This document shows positions 12,358 through 24,649 of a stretch of 64,000 nt of DNA, in pieces. A model generated the notes under the pieces. That model did not search any database. It had not been told where the DNA came from and saw only the letters and a program-made list of their open reading frames with translations. The stretch comes from Eledone cirrhosa (taxonomy: Eukaryota), in contig OZ024752.1 of NCBI GenBank assembly GCA_964016885.1, positions 49,724,001 through 49,788,000 of the forward strand, given 5' to 3'. Both the position numbers and the translations under genes were made by a program. Position 1 is the first letter of the stretch; every line of letters begins with the position of its first letter.

Positions 12358-12480
12358 ATCTGAGCTCAAATTCCGCCGAGGTTGACTTTACCTTTCATCC
12401 TTACGGGGTCGATAAAATAAAGTACCAGTAATGCACTGGGGTAATTGCTGGCCTTGTGCCTAAAGTAGAAACAATTATTA
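12358..12480 (+). mobile_element. 5'-truncated SINE family 1
   Basis: B-box through (ATT) tail. Confidence 0.85.
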
Positions 12481-12598
12481 TCATCAAAATCTTATAGATT
12501 CCATATTATGTGAGATATTATGTGAGGTAAAGCCTTTACCATGAAAATATAATTGTAAATATAGAGTAATGTAAAAGATAAAGGGTTAAAAGAAATAT

Positions 12599-12695
12599 TA
12601 GTACTGGGGACGAAATAACTGACTGTTTCTGTCGAAGTTGGTGCCCCAGTATGGCCGCAGTTTAATGACTAAAAACAGTAAAAAGATAAAAGAAT
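12599..12695 (+). mobile_element. 3' end of a third SINE-like family
   Basis: GGTGCCCCAGTATGGCCGCAGTTTAATGACTAAAAACAGTAAAAAGATAAAAGA resembles a cephalopod SINE tail (recognised from memory; single copy in this window). Confidence 0.45.
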
Positions 12696-12915
12696 CAAAA
12701 CAGAAATTTTGTAAATTTAAGACTAAAATACTTAAAAGAAAACAAGAAACTAAAAAAAATGAATTGGGATGTCTGTCATGATTTTTCAGAGATTCATGCA
12801 TATTCCGTAAAAGTTTATGTTGAATTTCATTGCTGTGTCTATGTGTGTGTGTGTGTGTGTGTGTCTATGTGTGTGTGTGTGTGCATGTGTGTGTGTGTGT
12901 GTGTATGTGTGTCTA

Positions 12916-12948
<33 letters not shown>

Positions 12949-13165
12949 AAAGATGTATGTATGGGTGTATGTATGTATGTATGTATAGATGTATGTATGG
13001 GTGTATGTATGTATGCATGTATAGATGTATTTATGTATGTATGTATTAATGCATGTATGCCTGTATGCATGTATGTATATGTGTGTATATGTGTGTATGT
13101 ATGTATGTATGTATGTATATATGTATAGATGCATGTATGGGTGAGTATGTATATGCATGTGTGCC

Positions 13166-13222
<57 letters not shown>

Positions 13223-13456
13223 ATGTAGTGTGTATCTATATATTTACATATATATGTGTGGGTATATGTGTGTACTTGAGTGTATATGTCTTTGTGGCAT
13301 ATGTATCCATATATATATATATATATATACATCCATATATGCGTGTGTATCCATATGTGTCCATATATATATATATATATATATATACATTAATATATAT
13401 ATATGTATGTGTGTATCCGTATGTGTCCATATACATATATATATATATATACATCC

Positions 13457-13487
<31 letters not shown>

Positions 13488-13506
13488 CGTTTGTATCTGT
13501 ATGTAT

Positions 13507-13547
<41 letters not shown>

Positions 13548-13585
13548 CATATATGCGTGTGTATCCATGTGTCCATATACATATA

Positions 13586-13635
<50 letters not shown>

Positions 13636-13689
13636 CATATATATATATATATATATATAGGTGTGTGCGTTTGTATCTGTATGTATCCA

Positions 13690-13829
<140 letters not shown>

Positions 13830-14211
13830 TGTGTATCTGTATGTGTACGTGTATGAGAATTTTAGAGTCATGAATTATTTAAAATACCAGAATAGGAAAA
13901 AAAAAAGACTGAAATTGTAAAGAAGTTCTCATAGAACCAACCATTCTTAAACTTGATTTAGTCTTCATTGTTTCTATAGGGGTTTAAAAATGGAACTAAA
14001 AATCTTCCCCCTTTTTCTTCAACTCATCATCATCTACTATTGATTAACACTAGCATTGTATCTATGTATGTATGTATGCGTGTATGTATGTATGTATATG
14101 TGTGTATATGTGTGTATATGTGTGTATATGTGTGTATGTGTTAATGTATATATATGTATAGATGTATGTATGTATGTATGGGTGAGTATGTATATGCATG
14201 ATGAGCCTATG

Positions 14212-14245
<34 letters not shown>

Positions 14246-14892
14246 ATACTATTATTATTTGTGTGTGTATGTATATATGTATGTATGTATGTACAGGCAT
14301 ATGTATGTATGGGTGTGTGTATGTATGTATATACAGGCGTATGTATGTATGGGTGTGTGTATGTATGTACAGGCGTATGTATGTATGGGTGTGTGTATGT
14401 ACAGGCGTATGTATGTATGGGTGTGTGTATGTATGTATGGGTGTGTGTATGTACAGGCGTATGTATGTATGGGTCTGTGTATGGGTGTGTGTATGTACTG
14501 GTGTATGTATGTATGCATGTATGGGTGTGTGTGTATGTGTGAGTTTGTAGGTATGTGTCCATGTATGCATGCCCATGTATTATTATTTTTATTATTACTA
14601 TCATTATTATTTTATTATTTTTATTATTATCATCAGTCTTTTTTTCCTTTCTTTTTCCTTTCCCTCTCTTTCTCTTTCTTTTTTTTTTTTTTTTTTTTCG
14701 CAAAGGAAAGGTAATTTCAGAGCACTTTATTTAGAAATAGCTACCATTGTTTAACGATAAAATTATCTTCTTCAAGTTGTTTTATCTCAATGGACATTCT
14801 CATGTTTCAGCTGGGTTGTTTTTTTGTATCTATAACAGGTTTTTTTTTTTTTGTTAAATTTTATTTATTGTTGTTGAGTTGTGGTTTCATTT

Positions 14893-14947
<55 letters not shown>

Positions 14948-14964
14948 GTATGTATGTATTTTTC

Positions 14965-15039
<75 letters not shown>

Positions 15040-15444
15040 GTATGTATGTATTTTTCATTTCATTTAAATAGTGTTGATAGATTTCATGTTGAGGGAGAGT
15101 TTAATGGAATTTTAAAAAAAACTCCAAACAAAATAAGTTATAGGTAGTTGGCTTAATCAATAGATTTAGTTGGTCATCCATATACACCTCATCTATTACC
15201 ATCTATTACCATCCACCACATTGTACAGTAGCTGTCACTGAGATGATTAACTGTGAAATAGCCCAGTTCTCTAAAGTACTATGGGATATGATCATCATCA
15301 TCATCATCATCATTTTACATCCGCTTTTCCCTGCTTGCAAGGGTGGGACGGGTCCTATTCAGCACAGCATCTCTCCACTTATCACAGTCCTTCATCATCT
15401 CCTCCATGAAATATATATTCACATATATATATATATATAACATA

Positions 15445-15783
15445 TCATCATCATCATCATTTTACGTCCGCTTTTTCCCTGCTTGCAAGGGTGGGAAGGG
15501 AACTGATTCTGGCTTGATTTCTACAGCCAGATGCCCTTCCTAACACCAACCTCATTTACAGTGAGTGCTGGGTGCTTTTTTGCCTTGGCACCTCCACGAC
15601 CACTTTACAGTGGAATGATAGGGACCCCAGTCCCTATCATCTCATTTCTACAGCTGAGTAAACTGGAGCAATGTGAAATAAAGTGTCTTGGTCAAGGAAA
15701 CAACACATCACCCGGTCTGAGAATTGAACTCACAACCTTTCGATTGCAAAGCCAATGCTCTAACCACTAAGCCATATGCCTCC
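15445..15783 (-). mobile_element. Full-length CORE-type SINE (family 2) with RTE-derived tail
   Basis: tRNA-like head (GGCTTAGTGGTTAGAGC..GAGTTCAATTCTC), MIR/CORE-like CCTTGACCAAGACACTTTATTTCACATTGCTCCAGTTTACTCAGCTGTAGAAATG, and a (GAT)n tail. Confidence 0.85.
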
Positions 15784-15840
15784 ATATATATATATATACA
15801 TATATATACACATATATATATACATAAATATATATATAGA

Positions 15841-16200
15841 CATCATCATCATTTTACGTCCACTTTTCCCTGCTTGCAAGGGTGGGACGGGTGCTATTCA
15901 GCACAGCATCTCTCCACTTATCACGCTCCTTCGTCATCTCCTCCGTGAGCTTCAGCAATCTGAGGTCTGCTCTCACCACCTCCGCCCATGTTTTTCGTGG
16001 TCTACCTCTACCACGTCTTCCTTCAACTGGCATTTCTTGGCACTTCTTCACCCATTAGTCATCCTCCATGTGCATCACATGTCCATACCATCGCAGTCTC
16101 CTCTCCTCTCCCGCACACAACAATTTATCCCTCTCAGACACAAGTTTCTCTCTCAACACATCCATGCTCGGTCATTCACGCACGTTGACATTCCACATCC
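15841..16200 (-). mobile_element. RTE-clade LINE 3' fragment
   Basis: Peptide KKCQEMPVEGRRGRGRPRKTWAEVVRADL...DRDKWR-like C-terminus, preceded by WYGHVM-like coding, with a (GAT)n tail. Shorter copies lie at 15289-15410 and 19142-19265. Confidence 0.85.
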
Positions 16201-16254
16201 ATAAACATTTTACTTCCATAAACAGCTGCAACACTATAATTATTATTATTATTA

Positions 16255-16380
16255 TATCATGACTCATACACTGTTCATTTTCCTGACATTTGTACATTAT
16301 TCTATGTACTATACATGCACCTTTGATGAGTTGTAGTGCACCTGAGCACTGTACACAATAATTTCATTATTATTATTATC
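16255..16380 (+). mobile_element. CR1-like LINE 3' UTR fragment
   Basis: Matches 38110-38230; (ATT)n tail. Confidence 0.75.
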
Positions 16381-16702
16381 AATTAGCTAATTAGCTGGTG
16401 TTTCATTAGCTTACAGGTTCAATTCTCAGGCTCCTTTCATACTGAGAGAGGGAGATCAGATGATGAAGTCTGTACTGAATCTCAGCTTATTTTGTTTTTA
16501 ACCCTTTAGCAAATATCTTTGGCATTAGGAAGGGCATCCAGCCGTAGAAGACCAGTCAGACACACCCCTTATATGAGAGAGACACGGTCACCCAACACAA
16601 TTTGCCTCAAAATAGGACCCGTCTAACCCATGCTAGCTGGAAGATGGATGTTAATCGATGATGATGATGATGATGATGATGATAATAATTATTCAATATT
16701 AT

Positions 16703-16885
16703 GGTCGATTGGCAGTATTGGTAGAGGGTCGGATACCATGCTTTGCAGCAGAGTTACGGCCCTTGCCATTCTGAGTTCAAATCCCGCCGAGGTTAACTTT
16801 GTTTTTCATCCTTACGGGATCGATAAAATAAAGTACCAGTAATGCACTGGGATAATTGCTGGCCTTGTGCCAAAAGTATAAACAA
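16703..16885 (+). mobile_element. SINE family 1
   Basis: Homology to 12085-12273. Confidence 0.85.
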
Positions 16886-17694
16886 ATATTTGCGAAGAAG
16901 AAGAAGAAGAAGAAGGGGGAGGAGGAGGAGGAGGAGGAGGAGGAGGAGGAGGAGGAGGAGGAGGAGGAGAAGAAGAAGAAGAAGAAGAAGAAGAAGAAGA
17001 AGAAGAAGAAGAAGAAGAAGAAGAAAGATTTCATAACAAAGGTAAAGTTATGATGGAAGGTTTTCAGATAAATATAAACACTTTAAAATAAACAGCTTTG
17101 TTATGTTAAAGCCAAGGGGCTATTTCAGATGGTTTTGTATGAAAAGGGTTTAACTACTGCTGAGCTTCAATTCTCAGTGAATATGATTGCTTACAATGTC
17201 TTCCCCCTTTCAACATTTAATTAAAGTTCAGTGATTCTATGCCCATGCTGCAGGCATCTTTGAAATAAATATTATGCCATAATTGTGCTCCCTATACCAG
17301 AGGCTAGATTCCTATACAACCGGTCTTTTGCTATCCCTCCATCTCACAAACTGCTATATAGAAGCCATAAAAAGGACCTCTATATGGCTGTATGAAGGGC
17401 AAGAAGTAGTAGTTTAGTTGCCTCGGAATACATAATACTATCTTAATAAAAAGGAATTATACTTTGACAAACTGCTATATAGGTGCCATAAAAGAGGGCC
17501 CCTACATGACTGTATGATGAGCTAGAAGTAATAGCTTAATTACTAGGTTCAATAAAATAAAATACCAGTTGAGTACTGGGGTCGATTTAATACTTTGTTG
17601 AATTTGGTCAAGTTCTGATTTTAAAGCTTAGCTTTGCCATTCGTCCTTCTAAGGTTGATAAAGTAGAAATAATAATTATTATTATTATTATCAA

Positions 17695-18112
17695 CACAGT
17701 GGATTGGCAGTGTTGGTCGAGCATCGGACAATATGCTTTGTGGTCCTTTATGGTCTGAGTTCAAATCCCGCCAAGGTTAACTTTGCCTTTCATCCTTACA
17801 GGGTCAATAAAATAAAGCACCAGTAACATACTGGGGTCGAATTAATTGACTTACCCCTCCCCCCAAATTACTCGCCTTGTGGCTATACTAGAAATCATTA
17901 TTACTATTATAGGGCAGTGGATTGGCAAAATCGATAGAGCGTTGGACAACATGCTTTGCAGCATAGAGTTATGGCCCTTTACGTTCTGTGTTCAAATCCC
18001 GCCAAGGTTAACTTTGTCTTTCATCCTTACGGGGTCGATAAAGATAAAATAAAGTAGCAGTAATGCACTGGGAAATTGCTAGCCTTGTGCCAAATGTAGA
18101 AACAATTATTAT
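17695..18112 (+). mobile_element. Two tandem diverged SINE family 1 copies
   Basis: Two head/B-box/central-domain repeats. The first has a longer 3' variant (GGGGTCGAATTAATTGACTTACCCC). Confidence 0.8.
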
Positions 18113-18696
18113 TTTATTATTATCATTTTTATTTATTCGTTGTTTGAGAAACACATCAAGCATTTCTTTTCTTAAAAGATGGATTAGTTATGTCTTGCAG
18201 AAAAAAAAAACAAAAGAAAAAAAAAGAAAACACACAAAAATACTCAAGGTTAACGGAATCATTCATGGTTAAAAAATGGCATGTGAGTGTACCCTATTAT
18301 TGCTGTTGACATTGTTGTTGTCGTTGATGATGCTATTGCATAAGAAATCATTATATTTGTATATGTGTGCAAACATTTATTTTGCATGTGTTGAACATGT
18401 GGTGAACTTTAATCCTTTACTGCCAATCATTGAGTGCAATTTCCTTATCGAGGGTCTTATCTGCGGCAATAACCTTAACAGGCAATGTATCCCAAGCATT
18501 AAATCTCATTATCTTAATTCCTTCCCTCAAAGCATCAAAGATAATTTGAATGCTGGAACAGAGATGCAACAGGCTCAGTGTGCACACAACTGCAGCAAAT
18601 TAAATCACTGTGTGTAATGATTAATGCATCAGTGAAATGGGAAGAACTGCAGATGGTTGAATAGATAGACTAACATTAATAATAACATAATATAAA

Positions 18697-18810
18697 GGTG
18701 CAAGGCTTAGTGGTTAGGGTGTTGGACTCAAGGTCATAAGGTCATCGATTTGATTCCTGGACCAGGTGGTATGTTGTGTTCTTGAGCTAGATGCTTCATT
18801 TCATATTGCT
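18697..18810 (+). mobile_element. Diverged CORE-type SINE head and core
   Basis: GGCTTAGTGGTTAGG..TTGATTCCTGGACC..GTGTTCTTGAGCTAGATGCTTCATTTCATATTGC. Confidence 0.65.
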
Positions 18811-19098
18811 TTCCTGATAGGAATGATAGATTTAAGCAAGTTGAACATACCTCAGATTTTCTATCCCCAAAAACCTACTTTGGTTTTCAATTTGGGAATA
18901 AACTCCCCCAATAAAAATTTCCTTGGAAAATTAAACACTTGAAAGATGCGTTAGATTTGTAATCGAGGAAATTAGGAATCAAGCAGTCACTACCAAATAT
19001 CTTCAAAGTCTTAGAATCCATAAAATATTTTGGCATGTCTGAATATTTTAAACCTTTCAAACTTTCAATTTTAACCAGTGTTAAATATACATATATAT

Positions 19099-19138
<40 letters not shown>

Positions 19139-19631
19139 CATTTCATCATCATCATCATCATCATCATCATTTTACATCCACTTTTCCTGCTTGCAAGGGT
19201 GGGATGGGTCCTATTCAGCACAGCATCTCTCCATTCGTCATGGTCCTTTATCATCTCCTCCGTGAGGATAAATATATACATATATAGATATATATATAAT
19301 GTATGTACATATATGCACACCCATATATTCACACCATTCTTTAAGTCATGTTGTAGGAGACTGTTGTAGTAATTTTTGTTTCTGAAACTCTGATATTAGA
19401 TTCAAACTATTTTTTCAATTTTATTCTCCTTATTCTTATCTGGGTTTCATATCCTTATTCCCATAGAAATAATATTTTAAACCCCATCCAATATCATTTC
19501 TTGATAAGATAAACAAAATAAGAAATGGAAATCAGCCATTATTATCAGCGCTTGCTTTAATAATTTTTTTTATTTTTTACCTTTCACCCTAAATTTTGAA
19601 TCTTGCGGAAAAAAAATTAAACAACAACAAC

Positions 19632-19667
<36 letters not shown>

Positions 19668-20299
19668 CCACAAAAAAAGAAAGTGCTTTTAAAAAAAAAA
19701 AATGAATTAAAATTAATGATTTTTTTCTTCTCACCCACCACCCTTTTAAATAATAATAATTCTGTAATGTAAATTAAAGTTAATTTAGGTAACTTTTGTC
19801 CTTTTCCTTTCCTGTTCTGATGTTTTGTTATTATTATATTTTTATTTTGTATATAGTTTTTTTTTTTTTACCAAGTTTTTGTCGAATTTTTTTTTTGCTT
19901 TTTCGTACGGGGTTGGGTTTGACCTCTAAAATAATTTTCCTTTCATCTTATTAATCTTTTTAAGAAACAACAAATATAATAATAATAATAATTTTGTTTT
20001 CAGCTTTAGTAGTAAAAGAAAACAAACAGACAATAAATAAGTTTAGTAGCGGTGGCGTGGAGGAAGTCGGATAAAAAAAGACACGGAGTAACATAAAAAT
20101 ATTTTTTGGTAAAAAAATTTTTGTTTTAAATTGAAATAATAAATTAATAAAAGAGAAATATAAATAAAATATAAATAAAATATAGAACATACACATACAT
20201 ATATATGTGTGTATGTATGTATATATATATGTGTATATATATATATGTGTGTGCGTGTATATATATATATATATATGTATACACACATATGTGTATATC

Positions 20300-20348
<49 letters not shown>

Positions 20349-21532
20349 ATATATATATATATATATAAACTAAAATGAAAAATATATATAATTATATATA
20401 TACATACTTATATAAATATATATATAATTATATACTATAAATATAAATAGATCAGAAAAAAATTTAAATAAATAATAATATACATAAATATAGAATAAAT
20501 CTATATAAATTCACTCAATTGAATTTGTGTTTCGACATATTCCCTTCCTTTTTCTCTTTCTTCTCTCTACCCTGCATAAAAAAAAAAATTATGCTTATTT
20601 CTTCTTTTTCCTTTAGTTATGATTAATTTATTTTTATTTACATAATTTTTATAATTTTTATAATTTTTTTTCTCACTATCAAATCTTATATATTGTTAAA
20701 TTTTATATTTTTACTGCTTTTTTTTGTTTTGTGTTTTTCATAATTTTTATAATTTTTTATAATTTTTTCTTTCTATCAAATCTTATATATTGTAAAAATT
20801 TCATATTTATACTTGTTTTTTTTTACATAATTTTTATAATTTTTCTCTCTATCAAATCTTATATATTGTTAAATTTCATGTTTTTTACTTGTATTTTGGG
20901 GGGTTTATTTTTGTAATTATTTCATATATTAATACTTTAATTGTTGTTGTTGTCTTCATATCGTGTTTCATTGTAGCAATATTATATAGTAGTAATATCA
21001 CTACTAAAATACTAACATTCCACTCATACAATTCTCCTGAGAGAGGGGTCGTGGAGATGGTGGCGGTGGTGTTGGTGTAGTTTTGTTAGTGTTGATGGTG
21101 GTGGTGATGATGGTAGTGGTGGTGGTGGGGATGGTGATGGTGGTGGTGGTGGTGATAATGTTAGTGGTGGTGGTGGTGGTGGTGGTGGTGATGGTGTAGT
21201 TTTGTTAGTGTTGGTGGTGGTGGTGATGATGGTAGTGGTGGTAGCGGCGGGGATGGTGGTAGTGGTGGTGATGATGGTAGTGGTGGTAGGTGGCAGTGGT
21301 GGTGGTGGTGGTGATGATGTTAGTGTTGGTGGTGGTGGTGGAGTAGCTTTGTTAGTGTTGGTGGTGGAGTAGTTTGGCTGGTGGTGGTGATGGTGGGGAT
21401 GTTGGTAGTGGTGGTGGTGGTAGGGGTTGTGGTTGTGGTGGTGTCATTGTTGTTCTTCTTGGTCCTATCATTGTCGTTTTTCAATTTTGTCTTAAATTAT
21501 TCATTTCTGTTCTTTTGTTTGATTATTCATGA

Positions 21533-21575
<43 letters not shown>

Positions 21576-21813
21576 AACTATTTAAACAGTTTCTCTCTAT
21601 TATTCACCTATACAACACCCCCCCCCCCTCCACCACTTATAACAGTGTTTTATAAACTTTCATTTTTTTAATGTAGAAGTACAAAAACGGGCGGTTAATT
21701 GGATTTTATATAAATATATCATCGCAGGGTCTCCTAGGTTCAAATTTCACTACAGGTATATACATATATACCTAAGTATGGACTAAATACACACACACAC
21801 ATATATATATGTA

Positions 21814-21848
<35 letters not shown>

Positions 21849-21867
21849 GTTTATATATACATGTATA

Positions 21868-21911
<44 letters not shown>

Positions 21912-21916
21912 TATAA

Positions 21917-21948
<32 letters not shown>

Positions 21949-21971
21949 TTATATATACATGTATATATATG

Positions 21972-22003
<32 letters not shown>

Positions 22004-22343
22004 TATAAATATATATATATATATGTATGTATTTATATATACATGTATATATATGTATATATATATATATATAAATAAATATATATATATATGTATTTAT
22101 ATATACATGTATATATATGTATATATATATATATATATAAATAAATATATATATATATATGTATGTATGTATTTATATATACATGTATATATATATGTAT
22201 ATATATATATATAAATATATAAATATATATATATATATATGTATGTATTTATATATACATGTATATATATGTATATATATATATATATATAAATATATAT
22301 AAATATATATATATATATATATGTATTTATATATACATGTATA

Positions 22344-22425
<82 letters not shown>

Positions 22426-22554
22426 AATCGGTCTAAGGCATTTTTATAGGCATTGTTATCAAATTAAGTTTAAGAATAATTCAAAAGCGAAACTTGGTGT
22501 ATGATGAAACATGTTAAACATGGTTTTATTCAACCTTTTCAGACTTAATAGACA

Positions 22555-22790
22555 CTTGTTATGGAATAGTAATTTCCAATGGCAAATTTCAGTAAAATCA
22601 GAACGATTCCAACATGATTTTAATAAATCAGCATGTAAAATTCTAACGTTGCAGAATTAGCATTGCACTTCACCTGAAAGCCAAGGGCAGACTGGTCAGT
22701 ACAATTGTACATGTTGATTTATTGAGATCGTGCTGAAATTATTCTGATTTACTGAGATTTGCCTTTGGAACTTACCATTCTATGACAAGA
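22555..22790. mobile_element. Old MITE-like hairpin with ~85-bp diverged inverted arms
   Basis: TTGTTATGGAATAGTAATTTCCAATGGCAAATTTCAGTAAAATCAGAA.. pairs with ..TTCTGATTTACTGAGATTTGCCTTTGGAACTTACCATTCTATGACAA. Confidence 0.7.
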
Positions 22791-22892
22791 ATCTATTATC
22801 ATTGAAAATCTTGAATGAAGTCTTGTCTGATATTTTACATCATATGCATTGTTCAGCTTTTAAATCGCTCTTAAATTTAATACACATACATA

Positions 22893-23013
<121 letters not shown>

Positions 23014-23495
23014 TTCAAGAGTAACCAATCTTAAAGAGAGAGATTGAGATAGTAGAGGAGATATGAGAGGAGAGATTGGTGAGTTAGTTAGAAGCCAAAG
23101 CGTAAAGGCATGTGCTCAATGTGCAATATGCAGTAGAAAGCAGCTAGGTGGCTGGGTTCATGCAGAAGTTAGGTGCAACCAAGACACCATAGTAAAAACC
23201 AATATATGGAACATTATATTATGTAACATTATTTTAATTTATATTCCTTTGAGTTCCGATGAGCCACTCTGTTTTTTTAAATATGTTAATTATTTTCAAC
23301 TGAACCAGATCAATTATGATATATAGTCATCTGATCCAGAAATATTATATGGAGTAGCGAAACAAGTGTAAACGGACATTATTATTATTAATATTATTAT
23401 TATTATTCTCTACATTCCTTACATCAAACTAAAATATGTTGACAATCTTTTAATAATGTCTTCCTTGTGAAGTTGTGGTCTTGTTTTGCTTAACT

Positions 23496-23540
<45 letters not shown>

Positions 23541-23541
23541 A

Positions 23542-23591
<50 letters not shown>

Positions 23592-23622
23592 TACATATAT
23601 ATAAATATACATATATATATAT

Positions 23623-23970
23623 ATCATCATCATCATCATCATCATTTTACGTCCGTATTTTCCTTGCTTGCAAGGGTGGGACGGGAACTGATTCTGGCTT
23701 GATTTCTACAGCTGGATGCCCTTCCTAACACCAACCTCATTTACAGTGAGTGGTGGGTGCTTTTTTGCCATGGCACCTCCACGACCACTTTGCAGTGGAA
23801 TGATATGGACCCCAGACCCTATCATCTCATTTCTACAGCTGAGTAAACTGGAGCAATGTGAAATAAAGTGTCTTGCTCAAGGAAACAACACATCACCCGG
23901 TCTGAGAATTGAACTCACAACCTTTCGATTGCAAGGCCAATGCTCTAACCACTAAGCCATGTGCCTCCAC
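23623..23970 (-). mobile_element. Full-length CORE-type SINE (family 2)
   Basis: Near-identical to 15445-15783; embedded in (TA)n. Confidence 0.85.
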
Positions 23971-24024
<54 letters not shown>

Positions 24025-24220
24025 CATATATGTATATACATATACATACATCTATATAAATACACATACATCTATATATATACATACATATATGCCTATA
24101 TATACATACATCTATATACATACATATATTATACCCATGCTAGCATGAAAGATGGACGTTACACGATGATGATGATGATAATGATGATGATGATGAAGAT
24201 ACATATGTATATACATATAT

Positions 24221-24287
<67 letters not shown>

Positions 24288-24649
24288 TCCTGTGTAAAAT
24301 CGGGGATAACCGCAGTAAGTAAGGTACTCAATACATTTGTAGAGTGTAAATATCATGTCTAATATAGGAATATTAAGCCAAAATAATCCACCATCAATAT
24401 GGTATGGGGGAGAGGGGTTCTAACTACAGCCCTTCAATTATACCACGAAATGACTGGCACTAGTGGGAATTAAAATAAAAATTTACTAAATTCACTAAAA
24501 TTTTTCTAGCGAATTTTTTTGTTTGCTCAGTCAAGAAAATAACAGCCTTGACAGCCTGTACAGCAACTGACCAATGAGAGAGTTTCTAAATGGTCACATG
24601 ACATGCTAGAAATAGCATTTAAATCTCACTCCATTCCTACCATTACCAC

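Larger units (their letters stand above)
11771..12585. mobile_element. piggyBac-like MITE with ~90-bp imperfect TIRs and TTAA target site, carrying nested insertions
   Basis: TTAA|CCCTTT..CATTTACATTACTCTATA..AAAGGCTTTACCTCACATAATATC on the left; GATATTATGTGAGGTAAAGCCTTT..TATAGAGTAATGTAAA..AAAGGG|TTAA on the right. Confidence 0.7.

Noticed and set aside
14740-14830. Minus-strand exon [19 protein letters not shown]
   Set aside because: Upstream in-frame stop, no polypyrimidine tract and a weak donor.
15715-15783. tRNA gene
   Set aside because: The tRNA-like A/B boxes are SINE heads continuous with core and tail, and there is no complete acceptor stem.
17195-17258. Minus-strand exon ending at GTAAGC
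   Set aside because: Stop codons in all three frames.
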